A stretch of 64,000 nucleotides of DNA from a virus. Positions within the stretch are counted from its first letter, which is position 1. Each line of letters begins with the position of its first letter. A program made the translations under genes and the position numbers. Of this stretch, positions 39,422 to 49,415 are shown in pieces. The notes beneath the pieces are model-generated. The model saw only the letters and a list, made by a program, of their open reading frames with translations, was not told the origin of the DNA and ran no database searches. The DNA lies in the IMG/VR virus record IMGVR_UViG_3300024999_000073, positions 18,287 through 82,286 of that record; one strand, written 5' to 3'.

Positions 39422-40015
39422 TTAGACGGAGGGGTTATTGAGAACATTTTTGACCTCCTCTGACTTCGGTTCGAACTCCGTGGCCTTCTTGTAGGGCAGG
39501 AACGGGTCCTTGTCCTCATAGTTCATCGGCATGATGAGCGCAAAGCAGCGCGCTCCCGGAATTCCACCACCAGCATCGATGCGCCCAACGATCTCTATAG
39601 GGGATTCTTTTGTGAAAACCCTCAGCAACACTGGGCCTGTCATGCCAGATATGGTCTCCCTGAGAAACTTGACGTCCACGGCGACGACGATCGGTTCTTC
39701 TTTCCGCTGCGCTATCCTGGCAATGTTCGGGTATTCCATACTATACATGCTGTAATCATAGGTCTCCAAGTACCTGCCTATGCAAAGAACCCTTTGTGTA
39801 CCGTTCTGGAGAAGCGATGGGGGTAGTAATGCCTTCGTCTCGACAGCGTGGACGAAAAATCCATTCGTTGACTCTGCGATACCTTTCTCGCAATTTATGT
39901 TCACGCATTCCAAACGTGGACGGTAATGATCTTTTGATGTTGCTTTCAATAGCCAGCGCATAATACGCGCCGCTACCGGACTTAGCTTTACAATACTCTT
40001 GAGTTCGTGTTCCAT
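39422..40015 (-). CDS. DNA polymerase III beta-clamp-like protein
   Basis: RPRLECV...STNGF...YPNIARI...VDVKFL...ALIMPM. Confidence 0.55.
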   Translation of the reverse strand: MEHELKSIVKLSPVAARIMRWLLKATSKDHYRPRLECVNINCEKGIAESTNGFFVHAVETKALLPPSLLQNGTQRVLCIGRYLETYDYSMYSMEYPNIARIAQRKEEPIVVAVDVKFLRETISGMTGPVLLRVFTKESPIEIVGRIDAGGGIPGARCFALIMPMNYEDKDPFLPYKKATEFEPKSEEVKNVLNNPSV

Positions 40016-40051
40016 TTTTGTTTGCCTCTTATCTTGCGAATGTTCCCGCAT

Positions 40052-40492
40052 TTAGTGGATTGGTTCGTACCTGCACCAGATTACATCTGGGCATAATTTC
40101 TCTATGATCGGGTGCAGCACTTCCCAATTGCCGCCGCCTAATCCACAACCGATTTTCCACGGCGCGTAGACCTCAAGCTCGCTTATCATGGCATATTCCG
40201 CAACTTTCGGCCACACCATCTTGTGAGCCTGGTAGTTTGTGTATCTGCGTTGCCATCCAACGTCGCGCTGGCAAAACAGATTTGCTACTACAATCGATGG
40301 AAATATCTGAACAAATTGCACATCTCCGAGATGAAACGTCCCAAAATACTCCTGATATGCCCAGTACACAGAAGGCCATTTATTCTTGATTTGCAAGGCT
40401 AGACCAGCACCCATTACCCCATCCATGTTTACCTGGTGCGCGATCAAGCCAATTTCTATGGTGAGAATGTCTTTCTTGATTACTTGTGCCAT
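40052..40492 (-). CDS. Macro-domain (ADP-ribose hydrolase-like) protein
   Basis: IAHQVN..GVMGAGLALQI, PWKIGCGLGGGNW. Confidence 0.85.
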   Translation of the reverse strand: MAQVIKKDILTIEIGLIAHQVNMDGVMGAGLALQIKNKWPSVYWAYQEYFGTFHLGDVQFVQIFPSIVVANLFCQRDVGWQRRYTNYQAHKMVWPKVAEYAMISELEVYAPWKIGCGLGGGNWEVLHPIIEKLCPDVIWCRYEPIH

Positions 40493-40493
40493 A

Positions 40494-40814
40494 TCAATCT
40501 GTTACACGACGTGGTGCAGCTGGGGTATATTCGCGTTGGCGCACAACCCAATACTCGCCAGGCACAATTTCAACAGCATTATGCTCCTGATGATCGACTG
40601 TGGTTGGTTCTGCAACCACTAACAGCATACGCTCATCAACTTGAAAAAGCTGAGCGCAAGCAGCGTCGATGCTGTGGTGGTGTCCTGTGGCCTCGCCACG
40701 CGCCAGGATTAGCCGGGCGTTTTCTGGTGCAATGACTTTCATGTTTCCACGTTGTTCTTTCCTCGTCCTCACGGAGATAAGTAGAACATCGCCTTGCCTT
40801 AGTTGTTTCTTCAT
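40494..40814 (-). CDS. His-rich cupin-like partner of DUF6745 protein
   Basis: RQGDV, GEATGHHH, HQEH, PG.Y...RQREY. Confidence 0.7.
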   Translation of the reverse strand: MKKQLRQGDVLLISVRTRKEQRGNMKVIAPENARLILARGEATGHHHSIDAACAQLFQVDERMLLVVAEPTTVDHQEHNAVEIVPGEYWVVRQREYTPAAPRRVTD

Positions 40815-40828
40815 TTCGATCTCCTTTT

Positions 40829-42316
40829 CTATGACTGAACTTCTGGCTTATACTCATGTTCTTGTAAGCCGAACGTCCAGGCAATCGCTTGCCTGGGAGT
40901 CGCCATATCAGGTGGGACACGTAAATAATAATTCTTGTACGTTCCATCTTGTTCGGGCGTTGAATTCTTAACCTCAACAATGACGATTAGCTCATCATTA
41001 GCTACTTCGCGCCGAAAGAGTGTACCAAAATCATCTTCGATGTATATTTTTGATCCAGAAGCGAAAAGATAATTCTCTGCACCAATCTGATCTATCATCA
41101 CACGCCTGATCTCAACATTAGTCTCGGCGTCAATCTTTGACACAGTGATCTCTTGTGGTCTCTCAATCACGTATTCTGGCACCATAACGCCATGCACGGC
41201 ATAGATTTTCCACCCATCTGAGAATGTGACTGCGGGTCCAGAATCGTTGTGCATTCGCCAACGATCATCCATACCAATGAATATTGGTCTATCGCAAACA
41301 AAGCATACATTCTCGAATGGATACCACCAAAATGAATTCTCTGCCAGATTTTTCCAATGATTCAAAATTATCATCTGGTCATCGGTGTGCATTGGGCGTA
41401 ATTTTTCATGGGGATAAAGGTAAAATGAAATCCAATTTGAATCTAAACTTCCCCATAAACTTGTTGGGATAAATTCTATTTTGCTGTTATCCCGCAGGTT
41501 ATCCCCCAGGTTAGCCCACAGGTTATTCTCCAGGTTCTCCCCCAGGTTAGCCCCCAGGTTATCCCACAGGTTATCCCGCAGGTTATCCCCCAGGTTAGCC
41601 CGCAGGTTATCCCCCAGGTTAGCCCGCAGGTTATCCCCCAGGTTAGCCCCCAGGTTAGCCCACAGGTTATTCTCCAGGTTCTCCCCCAGGTTATCCCCCA
41701 GGTTATCCCCCAGGTTCTCCCCCAGGTTATCCCGCAGGTTATCCCACAGGTTAGCCCGCAGGTTATCCCGCAGGTTAGCCCCCAGGTTAGCCCACAGGTT
41801 AGCCCGCAGGTTATCCCCCAGGTTCTCCCACAGGTTAGCCCGCAGGTTATCCCGCAGGTTAGCCCGCAGGTTATCCCGCAGGTTAGCCCCCAGGTTAGCC
41901 CACAGGTTAGCCCGCAGGTTATCCCCCAGGTTATCCCACAGGTTAGCCCCCAGGTTAGCCCGCAGGTTCTCCCCCAGGTTATCCCACAGGTTAGCCCGCA
42001 GGTTATCCTCCAGGTTATCCCCCAGGTTATCCCACAGGTTATTCTCCAGGTTCTCCCCCAGGTTATCCCCCAGGTTAGCCCACAGGTTATCCCACAGGTT
42101 AGCCCACAGATTGATGACTACAACAGCAGTCAATGGACTTTTACAATGCCATATAATCGGCGGCTTTTTATTTATCGTCATGTAGAATTTGTCTATCGTT
42201 GGCCTGATCGCTCTCAGATTGGCTGGACCCGTAGATAAGCCGATCTTTCGCCATTTCTCTCGGAAGGCGATCATTTCAAGTTCTTGTTCAGGCGTTAATG
42301 ATTGTATTTTGCTCAT
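40829..42316 (-). CDS. DUF6745-like protein with tetrapeptide repeat tract
   Basis: WWYPFENVCFVCDRP, H...GPAV.FSDGW, N.EIRRVMI, YYLRVPP, AIAWTF. Confidence 0.75.
   Translation of the reverse strand: MSKIQSLTPEQELEMIAFREKWRKIGLSTGPANLRAIRPTIDKFYMTINKKPPIIWHCKSPLTAVVVINLWANLWDNLWANLGDNLGENLENNLWDNLGDNLEDNLRANLWDNLGENLRANLGANLWDNLGDNLRANLWANLGANLRDNLRANLRDNLRANLWENLGDNLRANLWANLGANLRDNLRANLWDNLRDNLGENLGDNLGDNLGENLENNLWANLGANLGDNLRANLGDNLRANLGDNLRDNLWDNLGANLGENLENNLWANLGDNLRDNSKIEFIPTSLWGSLDSNWISFYLYPHEKLRPMHTDDQMIILNHWKNLAENSFWWYPFENVCFVCDRPIFIGMDDRWRMHNDSGPAVTFSDGWKIYAVHGVMVPEYVIERPQEITVSKIDAETNVEIRRVMIDQIGAENYLFASGSKIYIEDDFGTLFRREVANDELIVIVEVKNSTPEQDGTYKNYYLRVPPDMATPRQAIAWTFGLQEHEYKPEVQS
41490..42110 (-). 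repeat. ~50 tandem 12-bp repeats encoding NL(W/G/R/E)(A/D/E/N)
   Basis: CAGGTTATCCCC-type unit repeated in frame. Confidence 0.95.
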
Positions 42317-42317
42317 C

Positions 42318-42572
42318 TTAGGTCTCTTCTTTATAGTGGTAGAAAGTCTCCGCTACTAGGTGGAAATAGGCCAGTACCTTGACGGGAATTGTGGGGATGC
42401 GCCCTCTGACATAATCGTTGAGGAACTGGACGCTCATCCCGCAGGCTTTGGCAAACTTGCGCTGAGACCCCATCTTTTCGATCTCAAGCCAAACCATAGC
42501 AGCGACATCGACAGTGGACAGAATAACGTCAACAAGTACCTTTTCTTCAGCTTCGGTATGTGTATGCGCCAT
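42318..42572 (-). CDS. XRE-like HTH protein
   Basis: SQRKFAKACGMSVQFLNDYVRGR. Confidence 0.65.
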   Translation of the reverse strand: MAHTHTEAEEKVLVDVILSTVDVAAMVWLEIEKMGSQRKFAKACGMSVQFLNDYVRGRIPTIPVKVLAYFHLVAETFYHYKEET

Positions 42573-42578
42573 ATTACC

Positions 42579-43043
42579 TCACTCGTCATCGTTGGCTATG
42601 ATCTGGCAGGCGAAGTTCAAAGCCCGCCCAAGAGCAATTTCACGGCCAATCTTGCAATTGTAACTATCCTTAACAGAGCAGACCGCGGTTCCGCCATACA
42701 CATATTGGCCTTGATTTCCAACAATGATCGAGACTTCAGTCAAGCCGCCTCTGGTTTGCAAAGTGCCACTATTGTCGTGTTTTGTCTTTTTGCAGCGCAT
42801 CTGGCGCTGAAGCATAAAGACTGGACGCCCTTTGGTATCCACTCCAATGCCATATCGCCGGTAATGTTCGACAGTAATATTCCAGATCACGCAGTCCGAT
42901 GGAATTCGTCTCAACAGGCGTGTCTCTTGGGTATACAGCGGAATGACTCTACGCAGCATTTGGTGTCCATCGAATGTTACGATTTCATTCTTGTCTTTCT
43001 TTACTAGCTCAGGTTGCTCGTCCACTTCTTTCTCCTTTATCAA
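42579..43043 (-). CDS. Hypothetical phage protein
   Basis: GTAVCSVKDSYNCKIGREIALGRA motif. Confidence 0.55.
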   Translation of the reverse strand: MIKEKEVDEQPELVKKDKNEIVTFDGHQMLRRVIPLYTQETRLLRRIPSDCVIWNITVEHYRRYGIGVDTKGRPVFMLQRQMRCKKTKHDNSGTLQTRGGLTEVSIIVGNQGQYVYGGTAVCSVKDSYNCKIGREIALGRALNFACQIIANDDE

Positions 43044-43333
43044 CTGTCTCCATACTCTTGAGGATGTCCTGGATGCCCTTCGATTCTTTCACTCAAATCT
43101 TCACTCTGATTGTCTTGCGAAGCCTTGATGAGTGTTCGAGTCCATTCGATCTTTCGAGACGCCTCGAAGTTTCCACATTTGTCGCAGAACATCATGAACG
43201 TCTTTGGCGGCACAAAGCCATATACGCTGACATGTTCTCTCGAATGCCCATACGGGCATCCTGGAAGATAATAGAGATAATGATCTCCCAAGTATTGCTT
43301 TATCAGGGTGTCCAATTCACTAAAATAGCCCAT
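43040..43333 (-). CDS. Hypothetical Zn-binding protein
   Basis: CPYGH...CDKC. Confidence 0.5.
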   Translation of the reverse strand: MGYFSELDTLIKQYLGDHYLYYLPGCPYGHSREHVSVYGFVPPKTFMMFCDKCGNFEASRKIEWTRTLIKASQDNQSEDLSERIEGHPGHPQEYGDS

Positions 43334-43384
43334 AGCTCACCTAATTTAATTATGCGAATGTTCGCATATTATCATTCGAGATGC

Positions 43385-43639
43385 TCACTCCAGCGTCGCT
43401 TCTTCGTCGGCGTTTTTGAGTTGCTCTCCGCTCAACTCTCGCTCGCGCCAGACTTTCAGGGTTTGGATATCAATCATGGCGGCCTGGATGTCCAGGTTCC
43501 GTGCGTTGATGAGCGCGGTTTTATGCTCGATCATGCGAGTAATAGCAGACTCTAGAGACTCGAAATACTCGAACTCATCTTTCTTGAGGATAGACCGGTA
43601 TGTTAGGCCATCTCCAAAGAGACACTTCTCGTGTTTCAT
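43385..43639 (-). CDS. Hypothetical coiled-coil protein
   Basis: Operon packing. Confidence 0.45.
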   Translation of the reverse strand: MKHEKCLFGDGLTYRSILKKDEFEYFESLESAITRMIEHKTALINARNLDIQAAMIDIQTLKVWRERELSGEQLKNADEEATLE

Positions 43640-44114
43640 GATTGTTCATCCGGCTTTGTCAGGTACGCACTCAGGTCTGATGCGATCTGCGCGCGCATCT
43701 CTGTTTTCTTGACCACGAATGGCAACTCCAAGACTTTTGCAGCCTTCCCAAAAGCAGACTTGTTGAGGGTCAATGCCGATGGGCAGTTCTGAGATGCCCA
43801 CCATTCTGCCCTAAGCGCCCCGTCCCCGAATGGCATTAATGCCACGAAGGGTCGGCCATGTTGGATAGAGGGTCGCACTATCCCCAATGAACGTTTGACA
43901 TGGCGAATTTCAGTTCATTGGTAGAGCATCGACCTTGTCCAGCGGGCGCATTGGGCAAAGCAGAATCCCCACGCCAGTCTGCCATACGGAGGACAATCAA
44001 TGTCCGACCCGTGCCAGTTATACCCATTTTAGCCTGGGTTATAGGCCCGTCACCCATAGGTCGCACGGCGCATGTTGGCAGGTGATTCTGCGAACGTCTT
44101 AGGTTATAAAGGTG

Positions 44115-44357
44115 CTATCCGTCTCTAGATTCTCGTACATAAGCTGGTTGTCGTGTAACTTCCATAGCGAGTTTCACACGCGGGCACGTCATCCGGTCTT
44201 GCTTGAAGCCTAACTTCTTGTAGATCGCACTCATGTGGTTCTTGACTGTGCCAGGCTGGATATTCAATATCTCAGCGATTGCATTGTTGGAATATCCATA
44301 AGCTACCAGGCCCGCAATCTGGTGCTCGCGCTTAGATAAATCGGTGAAGTCGCTCAT
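44115..44357 (-). CDS. LuxR/GerE-type HTH protein
   Basis: LSKREHQIAGLVAYGYSNNAIAEILNIQPGTVKNHMSAIYKKLG. Confidence 0.85.
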   Translation of the reverse strand: MSDFTDLSKREHQIAGLVAYGYSNNAIAEILNIQPGTVKNHMSAIYKKLGFKQDRMTCPRVKLAMEVTRQPAYVRESRDG

Positions 44358-44476
44358 TATAGCTTGGCGACGATATACTTCAGGGTGTCGATCAACTCGC
44401 GGAGATCGTTGACCTGGCTCCGCTGTTGAGTTCGACTGCAACAGAAAGTATTGGTTTCAGTTTTAGTTCTGCCATC

Positions 44477-44686
44477 TTATGATCTTTTAGACTTAATTCC
44501 AGGGCGATAAAAGAATATTGACGATAAAAGCAATAGCCCGAAAGCCTGCCAGAAATCGATTAATGGCAGACCAAAGATATCAGGGCATAACGCATTCCAA
44601 AGTAACATGGTTATCCATGATGTCAGTGCAGCTAGACCTATTGCCGCGGCTATTATTACTACAAAATCAAAGAGTACGATTTTCAT
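44477..44686 (-). CDS. Small membrane protein
   Basis: LWNAL.P.IFGLP.I.FWQAFGL motif; AGGAG RBS. Confidence 0.6.
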   Translation of the reverse strand: MKIVLFDFVVIIAAAIGLAALTSWITMLLWNALCPDIFGLPLIDFWQAFGLLLLSSIFFYRPGIKSKRS

Positions 44687-44712
44687 CTTATAATCTCCTG
44701 TGTATGCTATCT

Positions 44713-44782
44713 ATCATATCACAATAACAGGCGGGTTTCAGGCCAGTTTCTGATCTCCCGCACAATCTTGCGAATGTTCACC
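44713..44782 (-). promoter_or_regulatory. Palindrome-associated promoter
   Basis: Palindrome 44769-44782; TG-A-TATGAT starting at 44718 on - (offset 64). Confidence 0.65.
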
Positions 44783-45195
44783 GATTACATCTCCGGCTGT
44801 AAGTTGTGGCAAGTCCGCATCCCGCCAGGTGCCATCGATGATATTCATGGCTTCATCCATCGCAGCCAGAACCGCTTTCATTGTTGCTGTTTTTCCACAT
44901 GCGCGTTCATAAACTACGTGAATGCGAATGTTCACGGGTTTGTTCTCCGGCTGATAGCTGGGGCACATCCGCATCTCTACATGTGCCTTCAATGATAACA
45001 AATGTGTCTTCAATGATAACAAAACCTTCCCGTATTGCAGCTCCTACCGGCGATACTCCCCATCGAATATGAAGATCGGGTTGCTGATCCCATCGATATA
45101 TAGTCGGATCATCTGTATCTGGTACAGCCCAAAATTTTTCAAAGAAATATGAGGGAATGCCGAAAGAACGGGCAATGAGTTCTCTGCAAATTTCA

Positions 45196-46002
45196 TCAAA
45201 ATCCATTGGGGAACTCCTGTACGCGCAAATCCTCAGGCCATTCAGCGGGATCGGTGCGCTGATCCGGCCAGCCCCCAAGCTGTTTAACGTATGCTTTGAC
45301 TTGCGCCTCCCTACATTGGTTAAGGATACTCCGCGCCCAATCCAAGTTCATCGGACGCGCGCCAGGGCCACTCTCTCCGCCAATAAGAATCCAGTCTATC
45401 GAGGCATCGGGATCAGAGACGAAACTTTGAAATGTCATCGTCATTGGCCCGTTGTTCTCAAAACCGTCTGGCTGGATGTATGACCAGTTCTCTGGAAGTT
45501 TTACCAGCCCCAACATCGGCTCGACGCTCACGAACCTAACCAATGCTGGGGTTTGTAGCAACAATGGTATGCGCTCATCTGCCCGTTTTTGATTCTCTGC
45601 GGTAACTCCTAACCAAACATTAGGCTGACCATTACTCCAATCAGGAGGCAAACAAGTATCCATACGCTCTGGCCTCTTGGTGAGAATGAGGAACAAATGT
45701 TGTGAACATTCACGGATTATGTCCCAGGCCTCTTCCCGCCAGGGATCAGCCTCTTCGATAAAGAAATCGCTCCAAGAGCACACAAACCAGCTATGCGGTT
45801 CCTTTGTTCGTAAGGGTAAATTGAATGTGGCAGGCTTCGAGCGCACTACCACCGATGGGTCTTGCCCATAACGTTTCTTCTCGCGATACATGTAACATTT
45901 TTCACAGGCAGGGCTGATTGGATGACAACCCTGCCAGCAATTCCAAGTGCCGCCGATATAACCCGGTACGTTTGCCCATCCGATACTGGTCACTTTACCC
46001 AT
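45196..46002 (-). CDS. DUF5131 (phage Gp37/Gp68, radical-SAM-like) protein
   Basis: GCHPISPACEKCY, ILTKRPER, WLGVTAENQ, SVEP, GGESG, KQLG. Confidence 0.85.
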   Translation of the reverse strand: MGKVTSIGWANVPGYIGGTWNCWQGCHPISPACEKCYMYREKKRYGQDPSVVVRSKPATFNLPLRTKEPHSWFVCSWSDFFIEEADPWREEAWDIIRECSQHLFLILTKRPERMDTCLPPDWSNGQPNVWLGVTAENQKRADERIPLLLQTPALVRFVSVEPMLGLVKLPENWSYIQPDGFENNGPMTMTFQSFVSDPDASIDWILIGGESGPGARPMNLDWARSILNQCREAQVKAYVKQLGGWPDQRTDPAEWPEDLRVQEFPNGF

Positions 46003-46153
46003 TATAGCCTCGATATCCACACGCAGCAGGCAGCAGGTAAGATTATTAACACTGCCAGTCCAACCAGGATGGAGAAACAACCGTATAGAAAACGGCCAAC
46101 GGGTTCAGCCAGGTTTAGCAACGCTATGTCAAATTCGGTATAGTCGCGGTTCT

Positions 46154-46717
46154 TCATTGCTGGACACCTTTAGAAGGCGCGTCTGGGAATAGCCCCGCCG
46201 GGACCAGGATCACCGAACACCAACTCACACCAGCCGTAGCCAATTGAGTCGCTCCTGCCGCGATAGCGCGCACCATGTTCACGAAATCGGATGGCAATTG
46301 ATCTTTCGTCACTACCTTCCAGCCAGCTTCTCTCAGGCCATTTTCGAGATATGCCATACTCTGAGAGTCAGTAAGCATAGCCTTACCGTTAGATGCGTAG
46401 CGCCACACACCGACGGGATCCGCAGCATTGATCTTCATGCCAGTCATGCCATAACCTTGTCCCTGTTGCCACCAGTAGAACAGTACGTTCCGGCCATCAC
46501 TGAGCATCTTCCCACATTGACAGCTTTCCAGGGCTTTCATGATGCCTAGCACGGTTGTACCAGGATGTAGCTCCAGGACATCACCGATCAGGCGCGCCGG
46601 TTGTTCGACGGTGATTGGCTGGCCGACGCAGCCGACCAAAATTGCGATCATGAGCAGGCCGTACATGAAATGCAAATAGGCTTCGTTCAAGAAATGACTT
46701 GCAAATTTGGTTTTCAT
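46154..46717 (-). CDS. Putative lipoprotein
   Basis: Hydrophobic segment ending ILVG-C. Confidence 0.5.
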   Translation of the reverse strand: MKTKFASHFLNEAYLHFMYGLLMIAILVGCVGQPITVEQPARLIGDVLELHPGTTVLGIMKALESCQCGKMLSDGRNVLFYWWQQGQGYGMTGMKINAADPVGVWRYASNGKAMLTDSQSMAYLENGLREAGWKVVTKDQLPSDFVNMVRAIAAGATQLATAGVSWCSVILVPAGLFPDAPSKGVQQ

Positions 46718-47112
46718 TAGAGCCTCCGTTCTCCTTTCAATATTTCTTCTTTCTTTTGTTACTGTTGTATATCTAATTTCTCGGTTGTTTCAGGAGTCCC
46801 AAGATATTCATCCGGGTTCATTTCACGCCAATATTTATCGGCTCCATTTGCAGCTAGTTCGATGATCCACTGTTTATGACAATCCGGGCATTCCCAGACC
46901 GTACCAGCATAATATCTCCCGGTGCTTGGTTTGTGACATTTATGGGGTATTCTGCGAATCCTCAAGAATGGCATTGTTACTCCGTCAATTTTTGACATAC
47001 GAACGCGAACACCAGAATTATCAGGGCCACGCACAGTCTAACTACTACGGCGCCGCCCTCTGACGAGAACCAACATCTTAGCGGAGAGTTGACTTAGCCA
47101 ATGGCTCCCGTC

Positions 47113-47355
47113 TCATTTGGGGGACTCCGCGGTTGCTGTAACCTTCGCGACTGCGGTCTGCATTATGTGGAATTGCTCAGCGCCGAAAGCGGCTGTCGCG
47201 TTCGCTGCTTGAGTGGCGCTAATAGTCTGGCAATCACAAGGGCATGATTGTGTATTCCAGAAAACGATAGTCATAATTAGGCCAATAAACACAAGTAATA
47301 TCAAGATAAGCAATGCCAGATCAACAGTATATTTGAATAAGCTGAACCTGGTCAT
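47113..47355 (-). CDS. Small membrane protein
   Basis: TM LALLILILLVFIGLIMTIVF; GAGG RBS. Confidence 0.45.
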   Translation of the reverse strand: MTRFSLFKYTVDLALLILILLVFIGLIMTIVFWNTQSCPCDCQTISATQAANATAAFGAEQFHIMQTAVAKVTATAESPK

Positions 47356-47545
47356 CGCCGCCTCACTCTGATCTGCCCCAAAATATAGCCATAGATTGCC
47401 AGGCATACGAAAATGAATATAGCAATTAAAAAGACTGCTACTGACGCCATAATATCCTCCGCAGTGAACCTGACTTGATCGCAAACTGTCACCATTGTAA
47501 TAAATGCCAGGAATGCTGTAATGCCGTAGACGAATCCTCTATATC

Positions 47546-47809
47546 TCATTGCCTATCTCCATATTCATCAAAGTTATAATCATAAGCAGCCGCGCCTGGA
47601 GTCTCTTTCTCCTCCAATTCGCCGCTCTTGAATGCTTCTACGGCCCGGACGTAATCCGGGAAGATCGAACGCAGTAGCTCTTTATTGCCTTTATCGGCAT
47701 ACAGAATTGCGCGAATGATATGCTCGAAGAAACCGCCAGGCATAAAACCGCGTGGAACACCTATAACATATAATACGTTACGTTCTACCATCGATAGAAT
47801 TTTCGGCAT
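47546..47809 (-). CDS. Hypothetical phage protein
   Basis: GGFF..II.A...AD..N motif; GGAGG RBS. Confidence 0.55.
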   Translation of the reverse strand: MPKILSMVERNVLYVIGVPRGFMPGGFFEHIIRAILYADKGNKELLRSIFPDYVRAVEAFKSGELEEKETPGAAAYDYNFDEYGDRQ

Positions 47810-47964
47810 AGGGCCTCCTATTCATTCTGCCTCTCTTTGATTGATTTCCGCACTCCCTCTGGCTCGGCGGCATTATGTACGCTCTCATTTAGTTTGCACG
47901 GCTATTTGGAGGTTCGCCGCCGAGCCATCACCAAAGGAGTCTATCCGATTGCTCGGACAGTGGC

Positions 47965-48090
47965 ATTATAGCCGAAAAGTACGGCGATTTTCAGATGAAT
48001 TTCCACGAGTTTTTCAATTCTGCGAATATTCCCACAATTATAAAATTACCCCAGATTTCCTCTTTTGATGTTCGCTTTCTCCTGTATAAT
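47965..48090. promoter_or_regulatory. Symmetric divergent promoter pair centred on TGCGAATATTCCCA (48021-48034)
   Basis: TATAAT on - at 47970-47965 and on + at 48085-48090, both offset 64. Confidence 0.75.
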
Positions 48091-48097
48091 AGCCGCT

Positions 48098-48805
48098 ATG
48101 AGCGGATTAATGGTTTATGTGGAGGTTTCAGAAAAATACAATTGGGCATTATTGCCTTTCTCTTATTTGTTCAATATTTTCTGGGGCGAACTGCAAGAAG
48201 TAATTATCATTGGTTTCACTCCTCCATCATTCCGGTTGCCCTCGAATTTTTATTTCTATTCTGTGGCTCCAAGCAATTGGCCGCCTGAAAAATGGTCGGA
48301 TGCTATGATTCAATTTTTCTCAGAGCAGCCAGAGGAGCATTTTGTGTTCCTGCTATGTGATTATTGGTTATCGCGCCTGGTAGACGTGCGCGGAGTCGCA
48401 GCTTGCTATGATTATATTCGCAACAGGCCAGAAGTGCTGAGAATAGACCTTACCACGGATCGTTTATACGCCGGTGGAATGTTCGACGTAGAAGCCTGGG
48501 GCTGTTATGACGTCATCGAAACCCCTCATGGGACGCCTTACCAGATGAGCATTCAAGCCGCGATCTGGAACCGCAAATTATTTCTATCGCTTCTGCAACC
48601 AGGAAAATCTCCGTGGGAAGTGGAGACGCATATCCAACCACCAGAAACTATGCGGGTGCTCGGAACTCGTCAATGCCCGATCAGATATGCCAATGCGATC
48701 TTGAAAGGTAAACTAGACTTTCCGCAAATTCGCACACTTCCCTCTCCTCACAAAGAGCGGGTTTTCGATATGATACCATCCGAATATTTGCAGGAGCAAT
48801 CATGA
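48098..48805 (+). CDS. Putative glycosyltransferase (GT-A-like), possibly leaderless
   Basis: LLCDYWL, SIQAAIWN, SPWEVE motifs; ATG 7 nt after TATAAT. Confidence 0.5.
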   Translation: MSGLMVYVEVSEKYNWALLPFSYLFNIFWGELQEVIIIGFTPPSFRLPSNFYFYSVAPSNWPPEKWSDAMIQFFSEQPEEHFVFLLCDYWLSRLVDVRGVAACYDYIRNRPEVLRIDLTTDRLYAGGMFDVEAWGCYDVIETPHGTPYQMSIQAAIWNRKLFLSLLQPGKSPWEVETHIQPPETMRVLGTRQCPIRYANAILKGKLDFPQIRTLPSPHKERVFDMIPSEYLQEQS

Positions 48806-48866
48806 CACAACACATTCAAGTTCCTGAGTTGATGGATTCGTAAAGATGGAATAATAGGAGTCGGAT

Positions 48867-49415
48867 TTGACTACAGTCGCTCATGATATAGGTCACGCGT
48901 TTGGATATCTTACCCAGGCTGAGATTACTTGTTTGCAAGGCTTAGCGGAGTCATTGCCCAAAGATGCAATTGTTATAAATATTGGGGCCGGGGCTGGAAC
49001 GAGCGGTCTTGCATTTGCTTGTGCACGTTCTGATATTCATATCATCACAATTGACATATCTTCAGGAGGCTCGCTTGGCGGTCTTGAGAATGAGCGCAAC
49101 GCGTTCGATGGTAAAGGATTTCAACTTCCCGAACAAATACTTGGAGATAGTGTAAAAATCGGAAAGGCTTGGAAACGTGGAAAAGTCAATATTGTTTTCA
49201 TAGATGGAGATCACACTGAGAATGGTGTGCGTCGCGATATCGAAGCCTGGATAGATCATATTCTGCCGGGAGGAATCATCATTTTTCATGATTATGATTC
49301 GGTTTATTGGGGCGCCATTAAAGATGTCGTGGACGTTATCTTTCAAAAAGATAAAGCCATCGCATTGATAGATACTTTGATTGCATTTCGAGTCAATGAG
49401 GCGACAAAAAAATGA
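48867..49415 (+). CDS. Class I SAM methyltransferase (Methyltransf_24-like)
   Basis: NIGAGAGTS, FIDGDH, FHDY. Confidence 0.8.
   Translation: MTTVAHDIGHAFGYLTQAEITCLQGLAESLPKDAIVINIGAGAGTSGLAFACARSDIHIITIDISSGGSLGGLENERNAFDGKGFQLPEQILGDSVKIGKAWKRGKVNIVFIDGDHTENGVRRDIEAWIDHILPGGIIIFHDYDSVYWGAIKDVVDVIFQKDKAIALIDTLIAFRVNEATKK

Noticed and set aside
41490-42110. CRISPR array or DGR variable region
   Set aside because: 12-bp in-frame coding repeats with no unique spacers; no reverse transcriptase or template repeat in the window
41481-42185. 234-aa + strand ORF (RLSPRLA repeats)
   Set aside because: Antisense shadow of the repeat tract
44907-45206. Second portal gene (ELIARSFGIP, GVSPV motifs)
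   Set aside because: Only about 100 aa with motifs in non-canonical order; at most a fragment, not supportable
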